Part shown: positions 53,925 to 63,987 of the stretch, in pieces | Layout: each line of letters starts with the position of its first letter | Numbering within the stretch: position 1 is the first letter of the stretch | Assembly: GCA_019057795.1 (NCBI GenBank) | Contig: JAHLWS010000056.1 | Span: forward strand, 17,582-81,581 | Reading direction: 5' to 3' | DNA length: 64,000 bases | Source: Promethearchaeota archaeon | GTDB taxonomy: Archaea > Asgardarchaeota > Lokiarchaeia > Sigyniarchaeales > SOKP01 | Translations under genes and position numbers: made by a program | Notes under the pieces: model-generated | Seen by the model: the letters and a program-made list of their open reading frames with translations, nothing else | Told to the model about the DNA's origin: nothing | The model's database searches: none

Positions 53925-53992
53925 TTAGCAGCAACAATTTATATTCTAACAATTAACATAGAGTTTATTAATGATTACATTAGTGATATTAT

Positions 53993-54412
53993 TTAAAATC
54001 CAATAGTCTGTAATTCATTTTTTAAATTGGCAACTCCCTTTAATACGCTATTTTTCACTTTAAGATTTTTAAAATTAAAAGAGCTATTTTTAGCAACGAT
54101 ACAATTTTCCAATCTAAAGTTCTCTCCAATTTTTACGTTATCAAAAATGATCGTGTTTGATATTTCAACATAATCTGGGATTTCTGAATTGGCGCCGACA
54201 TATACATTTGGTCCTAAAAGAACATCGTCTCCAATTTTAACGTTGTCTTCTAAATAAACGGGTTCAATAAAAGTTGGGTAATCTCCAATATAATTGTCAA
54301 CCCGATTCTTTAATTTAACAAAGAACCTTTCCATTAATTCTTGAATGGTTGATATTTTGATTTCTTTAGGATTTACAATAATTTCTTCAATTTTATTTAA
54401 TTCTTCTTTCAT
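53993..54412 (-). CDS. stand-alone left-handed beta-helix (hexapeptide repeat) protein
   Basis: PVYLEDNVKIGDDVLLGPNVYVG repeats, like an NDP-sugar pyrophosphorylase C-terminus. Confidence 0.75.
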   Translation of the reverse strand: MKEELNKIEEIIVNPKEIKISTIQELMERFFVKLKNRVDNYIGDYPTFIEPVYLEDNVKIGDDVLLGPNVYVGANSEIPDYVEISNTIIFDNVKIGENFRLENCIVAKNSSFNFKNLKVKNSVLKGVANLKNELQTIGF

Positions 54413-54467
54413 ATTCCCTCATCTAAGGTTTTACTTTTAATATATTTCACTTTTAAACTTTTAAACT

Positions 54468-55193
54468 TTAAAATCCTAATAATTCAAGTAATTTATCAAT
54501 GTTCTCCCCAGTTTTCGCACTTGTTGTAATGACCTCTATTTCCGGGTTAATTTTTTTAGCGTCAGCGATCATTTTCTCAACATTAGTTCCTAAGCGTTCT
54601 TTTAGATCGATCTTATTAATTACCGCTATATCTGACATTTTAAATAGCATAGGATGCTTTTCAACCACCCATTCGCCCTCTGTGATGGAAACTACGATTA
54701 TTCTTTTATCAGTTCCTAAGACAAACTCCGATGGGCATATTAAATTTCCTACATTTTCGATAAAGATAACATCGTAATTCTGCAAATCCTTGTTTTTAAT
54801 TATTTGGTGTATGTGATACGCGTTTAATGCGCATTCTCGGCCCGTGTTGATCTGAATAGTTTCAGCGTTATATTTTTCTATGCGATCGGCATCTACACGA
54901 GTAGTAATATCTCCACAAATGACTAACATTCGAAATTTTGTTGCTAACTTTTCCGCTATCTTTTCTAACAGAGCAGTTTTTCCAGCCCCTATAGCCCCAA
55001 CGATATCAAAGGATTTGATGTTATTATCTAAAAAATTTCGATGAACTCTATTAGCTAATAAATCGTTATCTTTTTCAACCGCTTTTTTAGTTTCAATAAC
55101 TAACTCTCTTATATCATCTCGAGCTAAATTGGTACTTTCGACTTCTTTAATTCTTGAGATTTCCCTTTCTTCCTTATCTGACATGGAGAACAC
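54468..55193 (-). CDS. hypB: HypB/UreG-family metallochaperone GTPase
   Basis: GAIGAGKT, ENVGNLICP, SITEG, KHP, NKID, SAKTGE. Confidence 0.88.
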   Translation of the reverse strand: MFSMSDKEEREISRIKEVESTNLARDDIRELVIETKKAVEKDNDLLANRVHRNFLDNNIKSFDIVGAIGAGKTALLEKIAEKLATKFRMLVICGDITTRVDADRIEKYNAETIQINTGRECALNAYHIHQIIKNKDLQNYDVIFIENVGNLICPSEFVLGTDKRIIVVSITEGEWVVEKHPMLFKMSDIAVINKIDLKERLGTNVEKMIADAKKINPEIEVITTSAKTGENIDKLLELLGF

Positions 55194-55275
55194 GTATTTG
55201 TTTTTGTTTTATTAATATTTGAAGGAATTTCAATTTTTCGATAATTCCTTACTCTTTCCATATTTTGTGCTTCTC

Positions 55276-56199
55276 TTACTTTGAATATTTTAGCGTAATA
55301 TAATTAGCTAATAGAACAAAAAAACCTCCTATGATGGTGAAAATAGAGAGATTCTTTAAAAAAATAGCTGTATTAATAGTTGCCATAACAGGTTCAAAAT
55401 AAGATAAAATTATAATGTTACCTCCTTTATCTTTTTTCACTCCAACATTATAAAATGTAAACGCTAAAGCAGTAGGGATAAGCCCTAGCCCTAAAATAAA
55501 TATTAAATCCAAAAATGTGATTCTAAATAAATCTGTAATACTAAATGGTAGAAATGGAAAAATTAAGAATAAAGTTGACCATAAAGTTAAAAATGCATCA
55601 AAATTTCCATCCGAATTAATTTTTAACTGAACTTTTCCTCTAATTTTATAAATTTTTTTTTTAGAAAAAATCAAAATACCTAAGCAAAAACCTGAAAAAA
55701 TCCCAATAACTATCCCCAATATTAAAATTTGACCGGTCCAAAATTCCATTATAATGGATATCCCCACGATTGCTAAAATGAAACTAATAAAGTTGATTTT
55801 TGATACTTTATCTTCTTTCGTTATTACTAAAAAGATTAATAAAAAAACACCACTAGTATATAATAAAAAAGCTGCAAAAGCATAACCAGTGAGCGTTATA
55901 TTCCAAAAATAAAGAAATACCACCAATGGGTTAGAAATTGCTATTATAATTAAATATTTCCAGTGCATCTTGAAACACTCTTTAAAGAAAGTAATAGAAA
56001 AAGATCTTGTTATTAACATAAATAAAATTAGAAAAGCAGCTCCAAAAATACCTCTGAACAAGACTATTGTATAAATTGGATACCCACTTAATAATGAGAT
56101 AAATATCCCCACATTACCCATAAAAATTCCAGATAAGAACATGCTTATTTTGGAAACTGTTGGATTAAAATGAGCTTCATTTAATTCCTCTATGGTCAT
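55276..56199 (-). CDS. EamA/DMT family transporter
   Basis: About ten hydrophobic helices, LLYT, YFEPV. Confidence 0.85.
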   Translation of the reverse strand: MTIEELNEAHFNPTVSKISMFLSGIFMGNVGIFISLLSGYPIYTIVLFRGIFGAAFLILFMLITRSFSITFFKECFKMHWKYLIIIAISNPLVVFLYFWNITLTGYAFAAFLLYTSGVFLLIFLVITKEDKVSKINFISFILAIVGISIIMEFWTGQILILGIVIGIFSGFCLGILIFSKKKIYKIRGKVQLKINSDGNFDAFLTLWSTLFLIFPFLPFSITDLFRITFLDLIFILGLGLIPTALAFTFYNVGVKKDKGGNIIILSYFEPVMATINTAIFLKNLSIFTIIGGFFVLLANYITLKYSK

Positions 56200-56366
56200 T
56201 GAATTGTAGAAGTTATCATTGTTTTAATTTTATTGTAATTAAATTATTCACAAACAAAATTAGTGTAAATCTAAAAATTGTTTGGTATTAAAACTCTACT
56301 TATCAATTTCATATCAACCAGGAACATAAGGAATAAAATACCCATAAAAACTAATCTATTAATTGA

Positions 56367-57800
56367 TTAATTTTTAAATCCACATTTAGGACAAACAGAA
56401 GTAGCTCTTAGAGTAAATCCGCAAATTTGACAAAATTTAATTGTGCTCCTTCTAGGGGGTTGCAACGAAGTAATCGAGATTTTTTCTTTCACTTGTATGG
56501 TTCCTTCAGAATCACTTACGATTGTTTCTGTCGCTGGCGGAACAAGATCATTATTTAATCCATTGGTTTTTAAAGTTATTTCTACACCAAAATATCCTCC
56601 AACTTTAACTTTTTTAGTAGGGGTTAAATCGGGTGGAGGTTTAGCTAATCTGGGTGGAGGTTTAACTAATCGGGGTGGAGGTCCAAGCTTTTCTGGACCA
56701 AATATCTCTTTTCCAATTACTAATTCTTCTTCATCCTCCTCAATTGATTGTTCTTCAATTTGTTCTTCTTCAATAAGTTCATCTTCAATAAGTTCTTCTT
56801 CAATATGTTCTTCTTCAAAGAGTTCTTCTTCAATGATCTCATCCGTAATCCCTAATTCCATTAATTCAGCCTCAAATTCTTCTTCGTGTTCTTCCCTATA
56901 TATCATTTCTACATATTCTTCGTCTAACTTTAATAAAGTATCGCATTGTATGCATCTGAACAAATGATTGAATCCTATAGGGTTAGCAATCGCATAATTC
57001 GCGGCGCAACAAGCATGATATTTTGCGTTACAATTAAAACATTTGTGAATCTCGTCTGAATGAGCGTCACAGATGGGACAAATCTCTCTTTCGCAAAGAT
57101 CACACTTTTCCTCCTCTTCAGAATCTAAAGATATTAAATCTACAGCGAGTTTTTCGTAGAATATCTTATCTTCTTCGAAAATGTCATCGTCTTCTTCAGG
57201 TTGTACCACAATAAATTCAGATTTACTCTGAATTAAAGACCTTAGAATATTTAAGAATAGTTTTGCCTCTGTACAATAAAATACGCCTCCGTGTGTTTCG
57301 CTCGCGACTACTTTTAGCTTTACATCATCAGCATAAAATTTCTGATCCCCTAGGCGAATTATATCGATAAAAGCGTCAAACTTCTTAGCTTTGATTAAAA
57401 GATCGTAAAGGGCGTTATGATAATCTTCAGATAATAGACTGGGCGTGTCTGAAATTATTATTACCCGATAATTTTTTCTGGCTTCTCTACTCTTTCTAAA
57501 GATGTAAGCCAGGATCTCAAATAAACCGTTTTCAAAAAGGCTTTTCTCAGATTCTCTAGTTTCCCATTTTTCATCTATAACATCAGAGAGAGCCTCAAAA
57601 TCTTTCTCGTCATAGACAGTTATCGGGTTATCGTCTTCTTGAAAAAGCAAAATACCATAAGAAGTTAATGTGTTAAATTTTTCCTTGTCTTTAACAAAAC
57701 TACTAATACTCTTAATAAGGCTTTTTTTCTTCAAAAAATCTGTCGTAAGGTCAATATAAAAGATAAATTCCTCTGTGTTCACTGATGTTTTGCGAAACAT
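56367..57800 (-). CDS. vWA-like + C4HC3 zinc finger + acidic/Pro repeats + C-terminal zinc ribbon protein
   Basis: EEFIFYIDLT, RVIIISDTP, FIDIIRL, ASETHGG; CDLC..CFNC...HACC..CIQC; terminal CQIC..CPKC. Confidence 0.75.
   Translation of the reverse strand: MFRKTSVNTEEFIFYIDLTTDFLKKKSLIKSISSFVKDKEKFNTLTSYGILLFQEDDNPITVYDEKDFEALSDVIDEKWETRESEKSLFENGLFEILAYIFRKSREARKNYRVIIISDTPSLLSEDYHNALYDLLIKAKKFDAFIDIIRLGDQKFYADDVKLKVVASETHGGVFYCTEAKLFLNILRSLIQSKSEFIVVQPEEDDDIFEEDKIFYEKLAVDLISLDSEEEEKCDLCEREICPICDAHSDEIHKCFNCNAKYHACCAANYAIANPIGFNHLFRCIQCDTLLKLDEEYVEMIYREEHEEEFEAELMELGITDEIIEEELFEEEHIEEELIEDELIEEEQIEEQSIEEDEEELVIGKEIFGPEKLGPPPRLVKPPPRLAKPPPDLTPTKKVKVGGYFGVEITLKTNGLNNDLVPPATETIVSDSEGTIQVKEKISITSLQPPRRSTIKFCQICGFTLRATSVCPKCGFKN
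56629..56835 (-). repeat. intragenic tandem repeats (21-nt x3 encoding PPPRLxK-type units; 15-nt EExxI acidic units)
   Basis: GGGTGGAGGT at 21-nt spacing (56631, 56652, 56673); repeated TCTTCTTCAAT units at 56760-56835. Confidence 0.8.
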
Positions 57801-57950
57801 ATTCTTATTAAAATATAGTCTAAATTTTATCCTAAAATAATGTAAAGATATATAAAATAATAATAGAATTTTTATTTATTTTTATTGATATTTCTCAATT
57901 AATCAATTTTTATTTCTTTAAAAAACTCTTGTAGATTAAGATTTAAAAAT

Positions 57951-59300
57951 TCAATCAATTAATTTAAAACCACAATTTGGACATGAATGTCGATCCTTAT
58001 CCTTATCTTTAATGTGTATTCCGCATCCGGGGCAAACAAAAAAGCTGGGCCTTCCTTTATTAGTACCGCTTCTATCTTGTTTTTCTAACGGTTTCCAATA
58101 TTGTGGTATTTCAACTTTTTTAAGTTTGGGTTCTGTAATAATTCTTGAGTTTTTTGTAACTTTTTGACTATCATTTATTGAGTTATTGGGTTTAGTTGTT
58201 TTTTGGTAGACGAGTTTATATCCCTCTTTTTTAACTTCATAGTAACTTCCAAAAAAACCACCTATCCTGATTGCTTTTTTTTCTTCCAACGATTCTTCAA
58301 TTTCTAAGTAATCAGAAGCCGTGATACTTTCTTCTTCTAATTGGTCTGGCTGTATTTCTTCTGTTTTTATATATTCTTCAGCAGAATCCATCTTCACATC
58401 ATAAGGAGAAACGATATCGTCTTGATTTATTTTTAATAGGATATCACATTTAGGGCATCGAAAAATATGCGGTATTCCTATATTATTTTGAATTGTATAA
58501 TTCGTAACGCAACATTTATGAAACTTAGTACCACAATCTTCGCAAATTAACAGTTTATCATTTACATCGGCACAACAAGGGCAGATTTCTTCTTGACAGA
58601 AGTGGCATTTTAACCCTACATCGCTGAGATGTGCGGGTTTTAAACTTTTTGCTAGATGATCATAGAAGAAGTAATCGTCTTTCTTAATTTTTATTCTATC
58701 GTGTTGATTTTCAAATGTGCTTACTAATTGCTTTCTTTTAACTAATTTTTTTATTGTAGGTATAAAATCTTTTTTATTAAAAATGTAAAAGATCCCGCCT
58801 TTAGTATCGCTTGCTAAAATGTTTAGTTTAACATCATCTTTAAAAAATCGCTCTTCTTTTTCGGATACTCTTATGATATCTATAAAAGTAGGAAAAACTT
58901 TTATTTTTGAAACTAAATTAAACAAAGCTTCGGTATATTCATCAGATAGATCGCTAGGAGTATCTGTGATAATGATTATTCTATTGTATTTTGACTTTTT
59001 TTTTATAGTCTCTGCTATGTACGAAAATATATAAAATAATCCATTTTCGAAAAAGGATTGCTTCTTAGGACGAGTTTTCCAATTTTCTTGGATAGCATTT
59101 TCTATAATGTCTGAATCTTTTTTACCTGTAATGAAGATAGGGTTGCCTTCTTCTTGAAAGATCAATAATCCGTAATGTCCTTTAATGTTAATTTTATTTT
59201 TTTCAGCGATATAATATTTAACTGCTTTAATTACTTCTTTCACTTTTACGAAGTCCTTAGTTAAATCTAAATAGAAAAAAACATCCTCATATGAGCTCAT
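57951..59300 (-). CDS. paralogous vWA-like + C4HC3 zinc finger + zinc ribbon protein
   Basis: EDVFFYLDLT, FENGLF, RIIIITDTP, DDVKL, CHFC..CEDC...HKCC..CPKC, IGGFFG; collinear with 56367..57800. Confidence 0.75.
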   Translation of the reverse strand: MSSYEDVFFYLDLTKDFVKVKEVIKAVKYYIAEKNKINIKGHYGLLIFQEEGNPIFITGKKDSDIIENAIQENWKTRPKKQSFFENGLFYIFSYIAETIKKKSKYNRIIIITDTPSDLSDEYTEALFNLVSKIKVFPTFIDIIRVSEKEERFFKDDVKLNILASDTKGGIFYIFNKKDFIPTIKKLVKRKQLVSTFENQHDRIKIKKDDYFFYDHLAKSLKPAHLSDVGLKCHFCQEEICPCCADVNDKLLICEDCGTKFHKCCVTNYTIQNNIGIPHIFRCPKCDILLKINQDDIVSPYDVKMDSAEEYIKTEEIQPDQLEEESITASDYLEIEESLEEKKAIRIGGFFGSYYEVKKEGYKLVYQKTTKPNNSINDSQKVTKNSRIITEPKLKKVEIPQYWKPLEKQDRSGTNKGRPSFFVCPGCGIHIKDKDKDRHSCPNCGFKLID

Positions 59301-59403
59301 AATACTACTGATAACTTTAATGTTTTATAATTAAGTTAAAGAAAAATATTCTTTAAATATGTTTATCTAACAAAATTTAAAAAATAAATACTTATATTAC
59401 AGT

Positions 59404-61359
59404 ATGGAAGAATTTTTAAAAAAATTACAAATTTCAGATAATGCGATGAAACTTTATTTACAAAGCGTTGGTAGAAAACCCTTGTCATCGTTCGAACTAT
59501 ATTCTATTTTACCTAATATCTCTGAAGAAGAATATGCAAAATATTTAAATGAACTTATAGATGCTGGTTTGTTAATACCTATCATTCCTCAAAGCCCAGA
59601 TTTATTACTTCAATACCTAACCATTCCTCCAATTAACCCCATTATAAATTACTACGATAATATAAATGCTAACCTGGACGTCATTAAAAACCAAATACAC
59701 CAATTACTTTCAAATTCTTCAAAGAAAATATTTCAAGAAAATACGATAATTGAATTAGACACCACTTTTAACGCAACCCAAGAATTAAGAAAAGACTTCG
59801 AAGAGGACGTAATTATCCAAAAACAGGATATAGATGATGTTGTTCAGGGAATGGAGAACTTGAAAATAATAAAAAATGTTTTGGATGAGCTACATAAAAC
59901 AATTAAAGGTATAACCCAAAATCAATTTTCTTATTTAATAAAGCTAATTACCACAATTAAAAAGGATTTAAACAAAAAAATCGAAACTTTAGAATTGAAA
60001 AAATCCGAGAACGCCATTAAGAGCGTAATTGAAGACGTGTTTCAAGAAAATTTTGAAAAAATACTTGAAGATTTTACTGATAACTTACATAAATTAATTG
60101 AAGACGAATTTGATAATACAATCGAATCTCTTAATAATATTATTGACTCAACCTTTCAATTTCGGGACGACTTTCAGATGTTATTGTTAAACATGTTAAA
60201 TAGTTATGAATCGAAAATTAATAAAACAATCGAAATGATAAAAAAAAAGCGAAATAATTTATCTAGTGATCTTAAAGATTTCGAAAACATTATTATCGAC
60301 AGTCTTAATGCGATAATTAGTAGTTCAGTCGATTCCGTGGCAGCTTTAAATAATCCTATTAATAAAGCAATGGTAAGTTATTACAAGATTATTACTTCTT
60401 CTGAAAAAGCGAAACTAGATAATTTTTGGCACATTAACAGCGTTTCTAGAGTTAATGAAGAAATATTAAGTAAAATTACCCATGCTAAAGAGAATTTGTT
60501 ATTAGTTGTTCCTAAACTTGGAGATCATTTATCGATAGAAGAATTTAAAAATATCTCGGGAACTCGTAAAATTAAAATTGCTTCTTCGGAGGCACATACT
60601 AATAGCAATGTTAAACAGTTTAAAGAAATTAAAAACTTGGAATATAGAACTCTCAAAAATGAGAGCGTTATCGTTATTAATAGCGACGATAATTACATAC
60701 TTATGGGAATAATACAGAAATATTCACAGGATTCGTTAAAAGATTTTGTCGGATTTGCTACTGATCACGCACCTTTAATTAAACTTATTCTTTCTGTTAT
60801 CAATACAGTGTGGGATAAAGCAAGTTCGAGTCTACACGAAACTCCAAGATCTCTGGGGATAACGACAATTCCAAGAGAAATTACTACTTCCAAAACAAGA
60901 GCAACTATTAAACCGATTACTCCTAGTAGTTTTAAAGCGTCCCAAAAAAAAACAAGTATCTCTCAAACACAAGATATAGTTACGGAATTAACTCAAAAGA
61001 TTCAAGACAAGGTTAAAGAAACTTCACAACAAAAAACTTTAAAACAAGCTCCTAAAGCAACAGATCAGATTCTTAAGGAATCAAAACAGATTCCTAAAGC
61101 TGGCGATGAGGTAGGAATGTTAATCGATACTGCTTTTAAATCGTTAGTTCAAAAGCTACAAAACCTTAATGGAAAGGAATTTAGTACTGAATTAGAAAAT
61201 ATTGCGGAGCTAATTTTGGAGAAAAAAGGATTTAGCGTAACTTTACACAAGTTAAGAAGTAAAATCAACCAATATAAAACCCATTTGGGTCATTTAAGCG
61301 AAGTGGATATTAAACATATTGTTGAAAGTATAGAAGAATGGAAAAAACATCTAATATAA
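59404..61359 (+). CDS. hypothetical protein: TrmB-like wHTH, long coiled coil, PLD/TrmB-effector-like domain
   Basis: N-terminal FLKKLQIS....LY...L..L.D.GLL pattern; heptad-rich middle; AKENLLLVVP / VINSDDNYILMG. Confidence 0.55.
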   Translation: MEEFLKKLQISDNAMKLYLQSVGRKPLSSFELYSILPNISEEEYAKYLNELIDAGLLIPIIPQSPDLLLQYLTIPPINPIINYYDNINANLDVIKNQIHQLLSNSSKKIFQENTIIELDTTFNATQELRKDFEEDVIIQKQDIDDVVQGMENLKIIKNVLDELHKTIKGITQNQFSYLIKLITTIKKDLNKKIETLELKKSENAIKSVIEDVFQENFEKILEDFTDNLHKLIEDEFDNTIESLNNIIDSTFQFRDDFQMLLLNMLNSYESKINKTIEMIKKKRNNLSSDLKDFENIIIDSLNAIISSSVDSVAALNNPINKAMVSYYKIITSSEKAKLDNFWHINSVSRVNEEILSKITHAKENLLLVVPKLGDHLSIEEFKNISGTRKIKIASSEAHTNSNVKQFKEIKNLEYRTLKNESVIVINSDDNYILMGIIQKYSQDSLKDFVGFATDHAPLIKLILSVINTVWDKASSSLHETPRSLGITTIPREITTSKTRATIKPITPSSFKASQKKTSISQTQDIVTELTQKIQDKVKETSQQKTLKQAPKATDQILKESKQIPKAGDEVGMLIDTAFKSLVQKLQNLNGKEFSTELENIAELILEKKGFSVTLHKLRSKINQYKTHLGHLSEVDIKHIVESIEEWKKHLI

Positions 61360-61411
61360 CAAATTTATAGTATAGTTTTAAGTAAATATGACTCTTTTTC
61401 TTTAACTTGTT

Positions 61412-62197
61412 CTAGCTTGACCCTTTTTCCTTTTTTATCGATAATTGTTTAATAACAGAGTTAAGAAGCACCCAACTAAGCGAAAATAAAAAGAAACCTA
61501 AAAATATCAGAGAAATGGTTATAGATACTATAAAATTAGGGTTTAAAATACCAATAATGCCAAATATCGGAGAACATGGAGCTAAAATGATGAATAAGTA
61601 ATAAATGCTTTTACCTTTTTCTCCAAATTTAATGTAAGTAGTAATGTTTAACCATCCAGAGAAAATTAAAAGGAATGGAGTAATAAAATAAGCAATTTCA
61701 AGGAAAGGATAGTTCAACCCACCAAACGCAAACGCGTAAAAATAATTAGCGTAAAAGTAGACGAGGATTACTAAAGTGGTTACTGGTGTTGGCACACCTG
61801 TATACCCGGCACTTGTTGAAATATTGAACCTAGCTAATCTTAATATAGCCCCTAGTGCGAAACAAATACACCCAATTGCTAGAATGTAATCGTAAAACGT
61901 CCCTGTTTTAAACGCCTGAAAACATAGCACGGCAGGTACTATACCAAATGTGAGAGAATCGCTCAAAGAATCGAGTTCTCTGCCGATTTCGTTTACTGTT
62001 CTTGTCTTTCTCGCGATATATCCATCAATTAAATCCGTTCCAAAAGTTATTGAGATTAAAAAAAAACCTAAAGAGATGGCGTCTCGGGTTCCAAATGAAC
62101 CAAAAATTAAAGCAACTAAACCTATTGTCGTCCCAGTTAGAGTAATGTAATCCTTTAGTTTGAGCAAACTTGGTATTGTTGACATTTTTTTTCTCAC
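61412..62197 (-). CDS. pssA: CDP-alcohol phosphatidyltransferase (archaetidylserine synthase-like)
   Basis: DLIDGYIAR..GRELDSLSD..FG, LRLARFN, GVPTP. Confidence 0.88.
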   Translation of the reverse strand: MRKKMSTIPSLLKLKDYITLTGTTIGLVALIFGSFGTRDAISLGFFLISITFGTDLIDGYIARKTRTVNEIGRELDSLSDSLTFGIVPAVLCFQAFKTGTFYDYILAIGCICFALGAILRLARFNISTSAGYTGVPTPVTTLVILVYFYANYFYAFAFGGLNYPFLEIAYFITPFLLIFSGWLNITTYIKFGEKGKSIYYLFIILAPCSPIFGIIGILNPNFIVSITISLIFLGFFLFSLSWVLLNSVIKQLSIKKEKGSS

Positions 62198-62760
62198 TTC
62201 TTTGTTATTCTATATTTAAAAGTTTAGTTTAGTTAAAAAATTTCTTTAAAATCTAAGTATATTTTCTCTCCCATCCTTAAATTTATTAGACTAAATTGAC
62301 TATTGATGATTAAAAACTGAATTTTATTTATAAAGTAGATAATAAGGCTGATATAATGAAATTTTGTCCTAATTGTGGAGATGAAGCTGGAATAGTTCTC
62401 TGAATTTCTTAGCCTTCTCTGGAGAAAGGTGTTGCTCTATTATGGGAAACCGCGATCCGTGAAAAGAAAACTTGTAGATTTTAAACGCTTTTCCTTAGAA
62501 ACGATATTTTTAATTATTTGACCACCTTCACTTTTTATGATCACTCCATGCCTTATAAATAACGCCTAACCGTCATTTTTCTAATTTTCAACAATATATT
62601 AAAAATATATTTAAGTTATCATTCAGTTAGCATTTTAGTTAGCATTATAAAAAATAAAGTTGTAGTGCCCTATCTTTTTTTGTTTAAATTCGGTGAGGAT
62701 AAGAAAACTGAAATAGAGTCTCGATTTAAAATCGCAAGAAAATAAGTGTAATTGAACGTT

Positions 62761-62922
62761 ATGATTAGTCCAAAAAAACGATTTACGGGCGCGTTGACTC
62801 CTAACTACTTCCTAAAAAAGATGGAGTGTTACGAATGCGACGCAAAACGGCATAAGTTGTTCCTAAAAGAAAGCGAAAACTACTTAGAATTGCTCTGTAG
62901 AGATTGTAAAGAAAAGAAATAA
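62761..62922 (+). CDS. small C2C2 zinc-finger protein (53 aa)
   Basis: MISPKK...MECYECDAKRHKLFLKESENYLELLCRDCKEKK*. Confidence 0.45.
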   Translation: MISPKKRFTGALTPNYFLKKMECYECDAKRHKLFLKESENYLELLCRDCKEKK

Positions 62923-63314
62923 TTAAAGTTTAAATGGTCCATATAAAAAGGAAAAATTCTGGCGATACGTTAAACCGGCTACGGGAAAAGATTTAAATAC
63001 TGCGAAATAATTTCTATCCATAGAAAGATAAAATTCGAACAAAACAATCCTTTTGGATTTTTATCTGTCAGTTTTGAAATTGAAACAAGAATAATTGAAA
63101 AAATAGAAATAAGATAGGGAAAACATAACCATGACTCCTGCGTCACCCTGGATTTTTGTCTTTTGGTAGTGCGGTAAGCACTCATCTAATACTCCCCCTA
63201 TTTTGTTTTTGACCTTTTTATTAGGTCGCGACAGCAGGAGTCGTCCTTTCTTTTTACTCTCCTCTCCTTTCCTTCTCTTGTTCTTGCTTAATTAGATTTC
63301 CATTTTTGGCGAGC

Positions 63315-63382
63315 TCGATAATTTTAGCTGTTTTTATCGGTGTGTAGCAAAGTGGTACGGACCGAACGATATACCAAAAAAT
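63315..63382. repeat. 68-bp direct repeat, copy 1
   Basis: TCGATAATTTTAGCTGTTTTTATCGGTGTGTAGCAAAGTGGTACGGACCGAACGATATACCAAAAAAT; 64/68 identical to copy 2. Confidence 0.9.
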
Positions 63383-63436
63383 TAATTTTATAAAAATAAA
63401 AAAAAGAGTTTAAGTGGACCTGCTTAACTCTTATAA

Positions 63437-63808
63437 CTAAGCGTTAACTACGACTATAATCGCAATAACGATAACTATTACGATTCCTACAAAAAATCCA
63501 ATAATGACATCGGGAATGAAATTCGATATGAAAAATGTTCCAAATAGCAAATCTGAGTCTATATAAGAAGTTATAAACCAGTAATGAACGCCCATTACGA
63601 TCGCCGTTCCGAGACCTGTGATCCCTATTAATACTATTACCATGATTATCAAAAACCTTTTGTACTGCTGACTTTCCTCAGTCTTCTTCGCAGCTTTCTT
63701 TTGAGTTCGGGCTGCTTTTTCGAGTCTTACGCAATTTGGGCACATTTTATTGAACTTCTTAAATTGATCGTCCGAAATCTCTTCTCCACATTTACCGCAA
63801 AATGGCAT
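63437..63808 (-). CDS. zinc-ribbon membrane protein
   Basis: MPFCGKCG...MCPNC then two TM helices. Confidence 0.75.
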   Translation of the reverse strand: MPFCGKCGEEISDDQFKKFNKMCPNCVRLEKAARTQKKAAKKTEESQQYKRFLIIMVIVLIGITGLGTAIVMGVHYWFITSYIDSDLLFGTFFISNFIPDVIIGFFVGIVIVIVIAIIVVVNA

Positions 63809-63919
63809 GAATTATTATTATCTAGAATTATATTTAAAATTTATATTGTAATTTCTGTCATGATTTTTAGAATCTCATATTTCAATTCGTTGAATTCGAA
63901 ATTTTCACATTTGTTGAAT

Positions 63920-63987
63920 TCGATGTTTTTAGCTGTTTTTATCGGTGGGTAGCAAAGTGGTACGGACCGAACGATATGCCAAAAAAT
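63920..63987. repeat. 68-bp direct repeat, copy 2
   Basis: Same sequence 605 bp downstream of copy 1. Confidence 0.9.

Noticed and set aside
56443-56967. 174-aa Ser/Gly-rich + ORF
   Set aside because: Antisense of the Glu/Pro repeats in the vWA protein.
62356-62403. MKFCPNCGDEAGIVL* zinc-ribbon start
   Set aside because: Only 15 codons; at most a gene remnant.
62979-63185. 68-aa - strand ORF
   Set aside because: No motifs and lies in a fragmentary region; cannot be supported as a gene.
63315-63987. CRISPR array or integron attC interpretation of the direct repeats
   Set aside because: Only two copies, 68 bp long and 605 bp apart; no attC R-box consensus and no cas or intI gene in the window.
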